Positions 38,014 through 51,770 of a DNA stretch of 64,000 bases are shown here, piece by piece. The stretch comes from Octopus vulgaris (Eukaryota). The translations under genes were made by a program, and so were the position numbers. Position 1 is the stretch's first letter. Each line of letters starts with the position of its first letter. The notes below the pieces were generated by a model. That model was not told the origin of the DNA. It ran no database searches and was given only the letters and a program-made list of their open reading frames with translations. The stretch lies in NCBI GenBank assembly GCA_951406725.2, contig OX597818.1:18662001-18726000 (forward strand). The letters are read 5' to 3'.

Positions 38014-38308
38014 GTGTGTGTGTGTGTGTGAGTGTGTGTGTGTGTGTGTGCGTGTGGGTGTATGTATGTATGTATGTATGTATGTATGTGTATAGCTTTG
38101 TGTGTCTGTGTTTGTCTCCACAGCATCGTTTGACAACCGATGCTGGTGCGTTTACGTCCCCGTAACCTAGAGGTTCGGCAAAAGACACTGATAGAATAAG
38201 TACTAGGCTTACAAAGAATAAGTTCTGGGGTCGATTTGCCCGACTAAAGGTGGTGCTCCAGCATAGCCGCAAGTCAAATGGCTGAAACAAGTAAAAGAAT
38301 AAAAGAAT
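37835..38308 (+). mobile_element. SINE family B with internal deletion and expanded microsatellite
   Basis: Matches 63613-64000. Confidence 0.88.
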
Positions 38309-39060
38309 TAATTATGCCTACTTCAGGTTCTGAACCTGGAACCATGTGGTTGGTAAGGAATTGTAAGAACGAGGCCACATCTCTAAACGAGATGCCAAGC
38401 CATCAGAAGATTTTTAACCCCCAGTTATTGCTGTTAATCATTTTCACCTTTGTGTGCCCGGGATTGTAAAATGAAGTGTCTTGCTCTAGAATCTAAGACA
38501 CCACTCGAGTCGAGACTTAAACCTACGTCCAAACAGCTGTGAGTCCAACATCTTAACTACTAAGCAACCCAGCTTTTCTATATCCTGTATATATTATAGA
38601 AAAGAAAAAATACAGTAAAAACAAATAAATCTGAGAAAATTACTAAATTGGATTACTAGAATAACATTTTAAATAATTCTGACGCTGTCTCTTGGTGCTT
38701 CTAGCTACACTTATAGAGTCTGTTATATTTTTCTGCATGTAGTAACAGCAATCATATTTTTTATTCGAGTTATCTTTAAATATTGTTTTCCAATATTCTT
38801 TTCTATCCTCGCTTTAATTCTTTTCCTGGTTTCGGTCATTGTACTGCTGTCATGCTGGGTAACGACCTCAAGATTTAAACATCGACCAAGCAAACATTAA
38901 CAGTTATTTATCTACTTGTTTGTCGAACCGCTCCCTTTTAGGACAGAAGCCTAAGGACACACATACATACACACATACATAATATATACATACATCTGTA
39001 CATACATATCTACACTCACATACGCATCTATGTATCTATGTAGCTATCTATGTATCTATG

Positions 39061-39105
<45 letters not shown>

Positions 39106-39150
39106 AATGATTGATAAGGAAGACGGGGTGTACTGCAAGCTTTATATATC

Positions 39151-39257
39151 ACGGCGATCGTTTCGGCTTACATCTGCACTGCTCCTTAGTGTGTGGGGAA
39201 TGATATAATGAAATCGAATGCACCCCACGGTGCATAAGAAACCTCATCAGGTTACAT
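39151..39257 (-). ncRNA. Hammerhead-like motif with extended stem II
   Basis: Minus strand reads CTGATGA ggttt...(~70 nt)...aagcc GAAAC GATC gccgt. Stem I is degenerate. Confidence 0.4.
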
Positions 39258-39479
39258 AATACGCTATAGTGTTATAATATGTACATGCCGCTACTGTCTG
39301 TGACACGATGATGTTGGTACGTGTATTTATAACATTACACAAATCTATTAATAAGGCAGGATAGCTGGTATATATTTGGAGAGTGGTAGGTAAAGAATAC
39401 AAAAAAAATCAACAAATATAATGAATGAATGGGGAGGTCAGAAACGCTTTTGAATGAAAAGTGCTCTAGTTGGTCATGC

Positions 39480-39523
<44 letters not shown>

Positions 39524-39998
39524 GATAGGATCTTCCGCCGAAGGCGACGTATGAGCGTTCAGCTTTTGCACAAATGATTTGTTTATAGTGATCAAATGTT
39601 CGTGCCACACGGGCTTCTGTTCAGTTTTCGTTTTCCAAACATCATTCACAAAAAATTGGTCGACTCGAGTATCTAAATAGAAGTCACGTGCCCAAGTTGT
39701 TACGCTGCGGGTCAGAATCCAAAACCATGTGGTTGCAAAATGAATACATTAACCATACACCCATGTCTGCATCCTGAATGCATTTTCTGTTCTTTCTCTT
39801 TTGTAATCTGAAGACCAGTGGACTAGTACAATCGCTAGTTAAGGTTCTTTACACTGTTAGTTGAAATTCGACCAAGGTCATTTTGACATGTATAAAATAA
39901 AGTAATATTCAAGATTTAAGGTGTTTATAATTGTCTGTATCTCTCCATCAAATCTGAGATCTTGCTCCTGTGTTAGAAATCAAAACCTGTTACCATAA

Positions 39999-40214
39999 CG
40001 GCTGCGCGACGGCAGAATCGCTAGGAAGCCCATCAAAATGCTTAGTGGCATTTCGTCCGTCTTTGTGATCTGAGTTCAAATTCCACCGACATCGGCTTTG
40101 CCTTTCATCCATTCGGTATCGATAAAATTAGTACCAGTTGAGCACTGGGGTAGATGTAATTGACTTAACCCCTTCCCCGAAATTGCTGCCTATGCCAAAT
40201 TTTGTGGCCAATAT
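39999..40214 (+). mobile_element. SINE family A (alternative tail)
   Basis: Head, core and tail as in other copies. Confidence 0.8.
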
Positions 40215-40616
40215 TTGTTACCATAAGAATGGTAAATTGTTTTAATCGTTGGAGACTGAAATCAATTGCTTTTGGGTGCTTAATTACAGAATGTATACTT
40301 CCTGATTTCAATTCCTATCGATACCAACTTCAACATGTAGAGCGATAAAATAGACACTAGCATCAGTCAATAGCTAAGATAAAACTTAATCGAGTATAAA
40401 CTTCCAAATATTAGTGAAAATCATTATTTGTCACATTGTGTGTGTGTGTCTGTGAGTGTGTGTGTGTATGTATATCTATATATATATATACATATATATA
40501 GGTGTGAGTGGACAAACGAGAGAAACCGGTAACCAACACATTGGTGAGAAGTTGCCTATATTATTATATCAAAAGCATTTGATTCGAAAGTGTCGTAAAC
40601 TATATATAAGTATATA

Positions 40617-40699
<83 letters not shown>

Positions 40700-40701
<2 letters not shown>

Positions 40702-43200
40702 CTGTCCGGCAGGTCGCGCTTCTACATATTTACTAAAGCCGCTTAGTGTTTCCAAAATATGGAGAACATTCCTACACCATCTAACAATGACAACAATAAA
40801 CACCACTATAGCCCCGAAACCAACACATACGGGATCAGATCTAGAAAGTACTCACCCAGGATCAAGCGCCTTGAGGCCTTGGAAGTAGATCTTCCGGGCA
40901 TCATTCCTAGGCTAAAGTACCGTAAGTCCTCTTGCTCATTCCAGCGTAGGCTCCGTACCGACTTTAGACTAATATAAAATTCTAACAATTCCCCTAATCG
41001 TTTCAGACAAGTCAAAAAACCTTATATAAGATGGAAACCCATACTTATAACAGACTATTAGAAGACAACATTACACAGAACTATAGGCGTGCTTATCTCA
41101 TACATGCAACAACATCAACAGCGATGCCAAAGATTTAGCCAACGTCTTGGATATATATCAGACAGGGTAGGAATTTTAGCCAAAAGGAACGTCTTCATCG
41201 CTGTCAAAGACAATAAACCAAATTTGCCTCTAAACCCAAGTGCCGCTTGAGCAACCTGGCTAAATCCGAGATCGGTTTGGCGAGAACACATATCCTGAGA
41301 AACATCTACAATGACATAAGGAGAACAATCAACCTCTTCCAATGGCGCAACACCAATGAGGTGATTACATGGTTTAATCCCTATAAGGTTAGCGGCAAAG
41401 CAAGGTTCACCCAGATCAACATAGTTTTTTTACCTTTCTATATCGAAAGGGTTATTGGTCAAGGTACTTTCCTTCGCTGATGGTGCTGTTTAATAAAGGT
41501 TCGACTTGGGTCAAGCTAACCAATCCCGTTGGCTCTCTCAACGTAGCGATAGGCGTTTACGACAGCGCTAATGTATGCGATGGAGGTGTACGACAAACCC
41601 TAGATAGGCTTAGGGAGGATCTAATTAGCACCTTCAGCTCCATGAGACTGTAAATTCCAATCTGACTTCTTAGATATTACGCGGACTACTTAGACATCAC
41701 GTTCGCCTTGGGTTCTAGTACATACAGGCTCTACTGCAAGCCAGATGAGAGGCTGACATATATCAACACAGCCACCTGCCACCTGCTCATCGTGTTCAGA
41801 AACTGAAGGATGTCAGCAAGTGGATCTCGAATCTGTCCTCTAGCCAAGAAATTTTCGACACAACATTCTCCCACTATAAGGAGGCCCTAGCTGCTAGCGG
41901 GTTTAGGGATCGCATCACCTACACGCCGCGCACTAACATCCGCAGAAGGAAGCACCACCGAGATATCGTTTGATTTGCCCCCCCCACCCTTATCTCTCAA
42001 AGTAAAAATGTATGTAGGTAGGATATTCCTTAGACTAGTAGATAAGCCCTTTACACAATCACATAGGTACAGACGCCTATTCAACAGACATAACCTAAGA
42101 GTCTCTTTTAGCAGCACCCCCAATATAAAGACTATTTTAGCTTAGTCTACCCTTAGTCTACGAGCGGAGGCAGGCTGCTCATGCATTAACCGGTGATGGC
42201 CAGTGGGATGCTGATGCGAAATCAAGGGGGTCATATACGAGGCTGAGGTTGTATCTGACCCTAATGCCAGCAGCAGCTGCAACTTTTCCAGCATCTGCGG
42301 CACTAGTAGGAATAGCAGTAATAATTGCAATGGCAGTAACTTTAGCAGCAGCACTATCGTTATTGTTAATGGTAAAAATGATAACAATCATAATACGAAC
42401 ACCGACAACAACAACCACTACTATAGCGCCGATAACAGCTCCAACAACCACACTGGTTATAACAGCACCAACAGCAACAACCACAACAGCCCCAACACCA
42501 ACTCCACTGCCAATGATGTCCCTTACACCAGTATTAACGACGCCAACATCAGCACCAACACTTGCAGCAGCAGCACTAACAACAGCTGTAGTAGCAGCGT
42601 CAACATCAACAGAAGTAGCAACGCTAACAGCCGCATTCGAAAATACATCGGCTGTTCCGGAAACACCTTCAAGCGGTGACTCTCCGGCCACAAATCCTCG
42701 TTTAGGATCCCGGAGAGACGTTATTCCATGTCCTTAGCCAGCCACGTGTGGCGCCTGAAGTACGAAGGACTCCTCATATTATCATATGGCAAATCCTACA
42801 TGAACGTGAGCGAACGTTACAAGCTGTGTATAGCAGAACGGGCGAGGATATTTAAGAACTCCCTCGATCCAGGAAGCATCTTAAATTCCAGGACGGAAGT
42901 CTTAGGACCCTACTTACACTTCTAGCGATTACTACTAAAAGCCTAGGACCCGCAAGCTGACTGGGTGGATTCTGGATAGTTGTCTATAGGAAACAATCTC
43001 TTGTACTTGAACTTTCTTTGTCTGTGTGTTCAAAAACTAGCTACGAGGCATTTTCTCTTCCATTTTGAAGAGAGGTTATAGACTAAGCATTTTATGGACG
43101 TGAAAGCCTGGGTAGCCCTATGAACCGGCCTAGCTATCTTTCTCTAAATATTCTACTGCACTTAGAGTATGCTTCTCTTTCGGATTTATGATTTACTGGA
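40700..43200 (+). mobile_element. Naiad-type Penelope-like retroelement (RT plus GIY-YIG), degenerate
   Basis: VKDNKPN...CRL.N.AKSEIG, QWRNT.EVI.WF, CSC..VIY...YIG, LASHVWRLK and LC..E...LNSRTE motifs. (TA)n on both flanks. Confidence 0.85.
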
Positions 43201-43272
43201 TATATATATATATATATGTTTGACGGGTTTTCACAAATTCCTCAAGGCATTGGTCAGCCCGGCACTATAGTA

Positions 43273-44520
43273 TCAGGTCGTCAAGTATGAAATTTGTAGT
43301 AAAGTATATGGTAAACTTTCACAGCTGTTCATTTTGCGCTGTTATTATATTTTGACAATCTTTATTTTTTGTTAGAAAGCTGGCACATCTATTTCTTTAT
43401 TTTAATTCATTTTGCGCTTTATAAAGTGTTTATAAATCGTTTTTTGCTATTTTTGTTCAGAGATGGATAAGTCAGAAATTCGTTCAGTTTTGAAATATGA
43501 GTTCTTTCTTGGAAATACAGCATCACAATTCGGAATATTAATGGAGTATTTCAAATTGGTTTGCAAAATTTCGTTCTGGTAACTTTCATCTTACAAATGA
43601 GCTATACGGTCGACCAGAAACAAGGTGGATAATGACGAACTGAAAGCCATCGTCGAGTCAGATCCATCTCAAAGTGCCCGTGAATTATCGTTGTTTGGTG
43701 TTAGCAAGCAAATAATATTGACTCACATAGTTCAAATCGGTAACATGAAAAAGTTGGATAAGTGGGATTCACATGAACTCAATGAAAATCAGAAATAGCA
43801 TTGTTTGGAAGCCTGCATTATGCTACTTTCTCGTCTCAAAAATGAATAATTTTTTTAATCGAATTGTAACATGTAATGAGAAATGGATCCACTACAACAG
43901 TCATAGATGTTCAGCACAATGGTTGGACGAGGGCGAGCCACCAAAACACAGTCCAAAAAAAACAAAATTCATTAAAAGAAGTTGATGGTGTGTGTTCGGT
44001 GGTCTGGAGCAGGTGTGGCCCATTATGATTTCATTAAACCTGGCTCATCAATCACGGCCGAAGTACACTGCAGTCAACTGGACCAAATGGTGCAGAAACT
44101 TTAAACAGCCTAGATTAGTCAACAGATCCACTCCTATTTTATTGCAAAACAACGCCAGACCACATATCGAAAAAATGACATCGGCGAAACTACAGGAGTT
44201 GGAGTTGGAAGTTCTCCATCATCCACCATATTCATATGATCTTGCTCCCAATGACCACCACATCTTCAAGAGTTTGGATAATTTTTGATAGGAAAACAAT
44301 TTTAATTCCGGCGATGATGTAAAACAGGCCTTCCAAGATTTTTATGACTTAGATTGCCAGGCTTTTACAGTTCCGGGCTTTGACAAGCCACCGCTGAAAT
44401 GACAAAAGTTTATTGCCCATATGGGTGCATACTTTGATGAATAAAAATTTTTCTTTGTATTTATAAAACATCGGCAATTTTTTTTTTCATTTTTACAAAT
44501 TTTCATACTTGACGCCCTAA
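43273..44520 (+). mobile_element. Full-length degenerate mariner inserted at TA within a SINE B relic
   Basis: TIRs tcaggtcgtcaagtatgaaa / tttcatacttgacgccctaa, TA TSD. IVTCNEKW, LQNNARPH and HPPYSYDLAPND motifs. Confidence 0.9.
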
Positions 44521-44959
44521 TACAAAACGCTTGTCTATGATACCACGCAGTAGAACTGAACTCGAAACAAGTTAACTAAGTGAACACCTCTCACTCAATT
44601 TTGTCGGGCGATAACTATATTTATATTCTTTGCCAATTGATTATTTTTCGTAAGTTATTCATAAACCTCTTTACCTTTTAAATTTGGATGGGTTTACTAA
44701 AAAGATTCGTTTATCATTTCTAGAAGGTCATGTAGTCGCATGAAGCCTTCCTCGCTGACTTAAAGGACACAAGGTAGTTCCTATTTGTGAAAGTACTTTG
44801 TAAAGCATAAATTTTGCATGCCAAAGCATTAATTTATCCCGTACTTGCTCATACATTCGCATTGTTAGCTCACTCGTATCATTTCATAACGTCTCATAAT
44901 TCTCCCCAGCTTTGGTCATATTGCGTTGTTTGATATTTTTTTTAATGTTTTAGCAGGGC

Positions 44960-45027
<68 letters not shown>

Positions 45028-45030
<3 letters not shown>

Positions 45031-45919
45031 GGTGTACTAAAAAATTTGACATCCTTTCATCACCTAATTTCGTCGAAATTGTCTCAAATTTAAGCAGGAT
45101 GTCTAGAATTCAATACATGATATTTCGTGTTTTTCTTTTCAGGTTTAGACATGCCCTTTACTGCAACAGAAAAAGTGCTTTGTGTATTGTGGTACGCCCA
45201 AAATCAGTGAAATGTAAATGTGCAACGTGTATTTGTTAGAAGATTTCACAAACAAGCGCCAACAAGGAAGCAGATTTGGACGTGGCATAGGAAGCTTCAA
45301 GGGGAAATCTGTTTGTGACGGAAAAAAAGGATCTGGACGGCCAGAAGTTTCAGAAGAGAAGGTGAACCAACTTCGGGAGACGTTTAGTCGTAGTCCAAAG
45401 AAATCTGTGCGAGAAGCAAGCCTGGAAACCAGGATCCCCAAGTCAACTGTTTGGCGCGCCATAAGAAAACGCTTGCGGCTGACCCCCTACAAGCTTCAGC
45501 TTGTGAAGACATTAAAGCCGGTTGACAAGCAAAAGCGTAAAACGTTCTTTGAAGATATGCAAGAAAAACTTGAAGATGGTGACTTTGAAAACTTCTTGTT
45601 TTCAGCGACGCGGCCACATTGCATACGAATGGCAAAGTGAACAAGCAAAATGTTTGCATTGAGGGCGATGAAAATTCACATGACACAATTGAACACGAAA
45701 GGGACTCACCAAAAGTGAATGTGCTCTGCGGCATCTCAAAGAAACGTGATAACGTTGGAACATTATAAAATTATCATCTCAAAGAATCTTTCGTTGGAAA
45801 TCTGTAGAATAAGATTTGTTATGTTCAAAACGAAGCCTATTAAGTTTCATTTCTCTTGACCTTGTAGTCACTCCGATATGGGACATTTAAAATGATGCCA
45901 AATTTTTTCGGACAACCTG
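45028..45919 (+). mobile_element. Tc1/mariner rosa (DD41D)-like element with internal deletion
   Basis: TA-flanked TIRs cagggtgtactaaaaaatttgacatc / gatgccaaattttttcggacaacctg. SGRP..SPKKSVR.AS..PYKLQL, FSD.AT.H.NGKVN.QN and EHERDSPKVNV motifs. Confidence 0.85.
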
Positions 45920-45933
45920 TATATATATAGATA

Positions 45934-45965
<32 letters not shown>

Positions 45966-46149
45966 GTGTGTGTGTGTATGTGTGTGTGTGTGTGTGTGTG
46001 TAAATGTGTATTTGTGTTTGTCTCCATAGCCGTTTGGCAGTAGGTTTTTAATTGTTTATATGCTTGGAACTTAGCGTTTATGTGAATGGTTCGATCATTG
46101 CCCAGCAAACCATCACGAAATTGACTGAAAGTCCTAAATGAGAATCACC

Positions 46150-46192
<43 letters not shown>

Positions 46193-47741
46193 CCGTGTGT
46201 GCGTGTGTGTGTGTGTGTATGTGTTTATATATAAATGTATATGTATATATATATGTATATAATTATATTTATTTACGCATATCTAAACCATAATTAGTTG
46301 GTATCAAATTCTGTCAGATCATGTATTTGCAAAATTATATATAGTTCTCCGACGTGCTTGCCATAGCATCTCTCCAGAAGCGTTTTTCAGTAAGGAATTA
46401 AAAGAACACACATTAAGAAAAAAGAAAATCAATCTACTTTTTATCAGTCAATACCAAGGTAGCAGCTTGAGGAAGGTATGTAATTTGAACTTTACTGCTG
46501 TAACGGATGCCAAAAGCAATCCACAATAGGATAAAGAAATTCTCTGTAAACACTCCGTATGTAGCCGTCTGCGGGAGGTTTAATATATTGGTACTGTTTC
46601 TAAATTATCTTATTATAGAATAGAAATTAGACTGTTTGCAATGTCCGTGCGTAGCAGTGGTAGAAATACTAGTTAGTTAGTAATCTATAGGTGGTGCCTA
46701 TTTGGCTGCTTTTCTGAATGTAAATGGCCGTCTTATCCGAGAAAGAAAAAAAAAATACTACTGGTCGATTCAAAATGTATTTGGTGATTACATTTGATTT
46801 ATATCGGCCGTTGTGTGGTATTTTCTAGCATATTGCTTCTCGCTAATCATTGCTCTGATATCATGCGAAAATCTGGCATTTATTTCGTGTCTTTAGACGA
46901 ATGCTGACTGGCTTAACTGACTTACAAGAAATTTGCAAATGAATGCTGGTAATATACTAAACACATCAAATATGACTTAAGTGTACGTGTAGAGCTGTGT
47001 TCAAAGAATAACTGAATGTCTTTTGAATCAAACATTACATGTAAAAAAACAGAAAGGTAATTTTGTTGATGCGTTTGAACTTGTTTATAATAAGAAGATA
47101 TCTAACAGAGTGGTGTATCTTTCCATTTCACCATATGGACAGTTGCACATCGGAAGAAATCGATAAATACTTTGGTGTTTAATCTCTGATTTTTATGCTT
47201 TCACTTCAACCTGTGAATCTAATTTGAAGTGTTAATAAATTAGTGCAAACACAAAATCGATCATACATTAATAAGTAGTATCATGTCTCGCATTCTTCTC
47301 TTCGCTAACGATTCTCTTTTCCTGTCTGTCTGTCCGTCTGCCCGCCTGCCTCTCCCCCTCTGTCACCCGCTCTCTCTCTCTGTCACCTCCTCTGTCACCC
47401 CTTTCTCTCTCTCTCACCCCTCTCTCTTTCTCTCTTAGTCTGTCTCTCTTCATTTGTCCGAAGGTGTTGCGAAACTATGTCTTGTCCTTATTTTTGTCAA
47501 TCTTGAAGAGAAATTAATTAGTGTTAATTTGCAACTATTTTTTAAAACATATTCTAAGGCTCGAAGTTCTATCGTAAACTTTCATTCCCTTTGAATTCTC
47601 AGACATAACAATCAGGCCGAATGATTCCATATGCAATCAAGACGGGAAAATTTATATCTTACAACTTCCGGATCTGGGGGACTACTAGAAGCCGCTGTTG
47701 ATTTTTCTGTCGTTGCTGTTGTTGCTTTCGTTGTCATTGTC

Positions 47742-48226
47742 TTTATCGTCTTCTTCTTCTTCCAATCAGGACTCACGCCATTAGCCACAAAGAATAATCT
47801 CTAATTCGAGCCTACTCTAAGCTACTAAAAATGCGTGTGACAACTTGAAGATCCACCCACCACACGCGATAGACTGGCGGATGCACGAGCGCGAAAGCTA
47901 CGTTGTTATCCTCATTCTGTAAAGGGTGGGTTTTAACGGGTGGAGAGCTGAACCATCCTGGGGTACAGAGGATTCGCAGTGTAGACTAGGGTCTGAAAGT
48001 TTACCACACCATGGTTCCTCTGCTTTGTGGTAGAAGCAGGAAGAAAGAGTGAGAGAAATTTGTGGTGAAAGAGTACAGCGGGTTTCATCACCCTCCGCCG
48101 CCGGAGTCTCGTGGAGCTTAAGCGTTTTTGCTCAATAAACACTCACAATGCCCAGTCTGGGAATCGAAACCGCGTTCTTACGACCGCGGGTCCGCTGCCC
48201 TAACCACTGGGCCATTGCGCTTCCAC
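47742..48226 (-). mobile_element. SINE family C, tail 3 (RTE-like), with 31-bp TSD
   Basis: Identical 31-mer at 47711-47741 and 48227-48257. (GAA)n end. Confidence 0.88.
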
Positions 48227-49185
48227 CGTTGCTGTTGTTGCTTTCGTTGTCATTGTCGTTGTTGTTTGTGTCGTTGTTGTTGATGGTGTTGTTGCTACTG
48301 TCATTGTTACTGTCGTTGTGGTGGTGGTGATGATGGTGGGGTTGGTCGTTGTATTCAGTAATAATTTAGCATTGATATTATTGATGTCATTTCTAAATTT
48401 GTATTTTTGCTGTCGCCATTGTTTTTGCATTCCATTCGTGTTGATATCTGTTCAGTTTTGATTGTTTTCTCTTCAAACAGTACATCTAGGACCGATTTGG
48501 CCAAGATGCCCATCCCATTATTTTGTTTCAAAAAAGGTTGGTGTGATTTCTTCCTTAGTTCGTAGAGTTATAAGTGTTTGTTTAACCCAAGATCAGCCTT
48601 GATCAAATATATCCCTGATCAAAAGTATGTACGAGTAACATTATCTCTTGTGCCCTTTCTTGATTTCCAGTAATAGGGGAAGATTTAGGAAGTACAGACT
48701 ATTATTTCTAGCAGGTAGCGCGATTGCATAGTGTCTCTCAATGCTCGTAATTATTTCACGCCAGGCCAGCCATATGATCAAAAGCATTTCTCTTGTAAGC
48801 ATCGTCATTTTAAAGACTTTATCTAGGATTACATTTTCTAGTGTTTGTTTTGTTTTTGTTTTTTTGTTCTTTACTTAGTTTAGATAAGATCGTGTCATTT
48901 AAAAGAGATTCGACTGCTCTTTCAGCAGATCAGTCAACCATGTAGGTGCATTTTCTTGGTAGCACAAGTTAATGTCGTCATATCTCACCAAACGCCCGAA
49001 CAGAAAAATAGTAGTTTTTTTGTTCACATCTCTACCAACGACAGAAATATCTACTCTCATCCAAGGTGTTGGAACAATAGCCTGACCGCACTTGAATGAG
49101 AGTTTTAAATATAAATGATATAACATTTCTAATGATTTCATACCGAATCACCTGTCCATTATAGCAAGCCACTCTCACTGAATAT

Positions 49186-49585
49186 TACTTTTTACTCTTT
49201 TACTTGTTTCAGCCATTTGACTGCGGCCATGCTGGAGCACTGCCTTTAGTCGAGCAAATCGACCTCCAGAATTTATTCTTTGTAACCCCAGTACTTATTC
49301 TATCAGTCTTTTTTGCCGAACCGCTAAGTTACGGGGACGTAAACACACCAGCATCGGTTGTCAAGCGATGTTGGGGGGACAAAGACAGGCACACAAACAT
49401 ATACACACACATACATATATATGCCGGATGTCTTTCAGTTTCCGTCTACTAAATCCACTCACAAGGCTTTGGTCGGACCGAGGCTATAGTAGAAGACACT
49501 TGCCCAAGGTGCCACACAGTGGGAATGAACCCGGAACCCTGTGGTTGGTAAGCAAGCTACTTACCAATCAGCCACTCCTGCGCCT
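49186..49585 (-). mobile_element. SINE family B, full length
   Basis: Reverse complement of the 63613-64000 type. Confidence 0.92.
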
Positions 49586-50149
49586 AGGATGTTATTATTA
49601 CTAGTATTATTTTAGGAATCTCCATTAATTCAAGGCCCCTGGATGCCGTATATTTTCATAAGATCCTTTTTTAAAGTACGCGCGCATGAAAATGTATTTT
49701 TGTTTTTCTGTTTATCCTCTTCTAATATTGTTTTCTGTATCAATGGTTGGTATTTGCAGTTATATTGAATCTCTTCGGCAAGCCTTCTGTTCTTTGGGTG
49801 CATGATTATTTGTGTTGTGGTTGTGATACGATGTATTCTCAGAAATTTTCAAAATATGAACTGTGAAGCGTACTTGCTGTGTGGAAATGCTTGCGTAACT
49901 GATGATTATTAGTACCCAGCCAACTGAATCTGTTTACAAATAGGCTTCATGCTACTTGTTAGAATGCTACTTCGATTTTTAAGTAACGTATGTACACCAA
50001 ATTTTGTATGAAGCTCAAGAAAAAGAAATAGTGGTTATGAATATATCTGGAAACGTTAAACTGCTGATTTCCTGGGGATGTGTCTGTTTTCTTTAAAAAC
50101 TTCCTTTAACTAACCAATAAACTATCATATTACAGACCATTTGAACCCT

Positions 50150-51770
50150 TTAACAGTAAGTTTATTATCAAACCGTCTTTATCCATAACACTATTATTTA
50201 CCTTCAACATTCAACTGACATTATTGTAACAAATGTGCAGACGTAAAAATCATGTAATAATGGATGACTTCAATCTCCATCAGATTTCAACCACTGACTC
50301 TTTCGGAAATATACTTCATAGCCACTGTTTTCAGCAATATATTAAGATATAGCCACTGTTTTCAGCAATATATTAAGATATCGATTCATTTCGCAGGTCA
50401 TATCCTTGAATTACAATTTCTCGACCTACAGACAACATTATTTCCGCTACTTCAGCTTATGATTCCAATATCAGTGATCACTATTTAATACGAACGGATT
50501 TAAATTTTCCAAAGATGAGAACAGAATTCAAATTAATTACTTTTCGCTGATGGAAGTTATTAAACATTTCGTCTTTTCTATGTTTGGAAGAAAACTTATG
50601 CTTATATAATGATCAGTTTTTAAAACAGCAATTTCTCTATATAATTCTAAGCTATCCAACTTAATCATCATTCCGTTGCCTGAACTCACGCATTTTGTTA
50701 ATCTAAAGTCATATTCGCCATGGTATAAACTGTGAAAGTATTGAAGCAAGCGAGTGGCAGAGTTGACTTTTGGTAGCTCTGGTAGTAGCTAAATGGTCCT
50801 CCGTAAACGTAATATACTTTCAGCTTCAGTAAACACACGTTTGTAAAGTGGCCGCCCTGTGCGACCCGTATATCTTGTACCCCTCACGCTGCGCTATTGC
50901 TTACCAAGCTAAACTCATGGAGTGTAGGCTAGAATCTCATTCACATAAACCTCAGAATTCTGATGAAAGAGAAATAAAATAGACAACGAAGGTCGAGGCG
51001 CTCGTTTACTGAGTTACATATATATACCACACAGATGCTCCGTCATGGAAATTATCCGTTAAAAGTACTCTACATAAAAGGAATTCAATAATACTGCCCT
51101 ATTATAAAAAAAATAGTGGATCGTGCTAATGTATTCGGTGATTATTTTAATTAGCAAAATCCTAACCTTCCTCACAATCAATGTAACATCGTAACGAGTC
51201 CACAAATTAGCAAATGGATTATTGTACATATCCGATTTTGAAGCTGTCACAAAGAATGAATGAAATCAGCCAACTCTTACGCCAACACATGAGAAACCTA
51301 AATCTTCGTAGCTGTTTATACGTTACGGGAAAAGCTTTGCGCCCACCGCTCATTACAAAATTAGCAAATGTATAGCTATCAACATGATGTTTATCGGAGC
51401 TTCTGAAACGCGTATTAATCACTCGTTCTCTTCTTAAAAAGCTTGAAATCAACAAAAGATCAAATTAAATAATTATCGATCGGTATCTTTTACCGCAAAA
51501 GTTAATTCAAAAGCTGGTTTCAGACTGTAGCTGTTCATTTCACATCAGTCAAAATTTAGGAGTAGTTTCTCAATAGAATTAGCGTGTGTAAATCATACAA
51601 GGATCTTGAACAAGTACCTGACAATGACAAAATGTCAACTGTAATTTTCCTCCATTTAAACATGATATTTGACACAGCTCGTAATAACATCCTCATGCAT
51701 CACCTTTAATCACATGTTGGTTCGAGTAATATGGTATTTAGTTTATTCCTTTCTCATCCGTCCCAATGAC
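50150..51770 (+). mobile_element. Ancient L2/CR1-type LINE relic (APE and RT pieces)
   Basis: HVIMDDFNLH, GHILE, SDHYLI and SPWY (50250-50730); VIFLHLNMIFDTA..NIL..L (about 51640-51710) resembles LLDLSAAFDTVDHxIL. The middle may hold other insertions. Confidence 0.55.

Noticed and set aside
42194-42214. In-frame TGA codons near the Naiad zinc-finger cysteines as selenocysteine
   Set aside because: Some Naiads encode selenoproteins, but these TGAs sit beside rather than at the Cys positions and fit CGA>TGA decay. The element has many other lesions and I identified no SECIS.
42179-42737. Mucin-like Thr/Ala ORF (+) and Val/Ala ORF (-)
   Set aside because: These are alternative frames of the low-complexity insert within the Penelope endonuclease.
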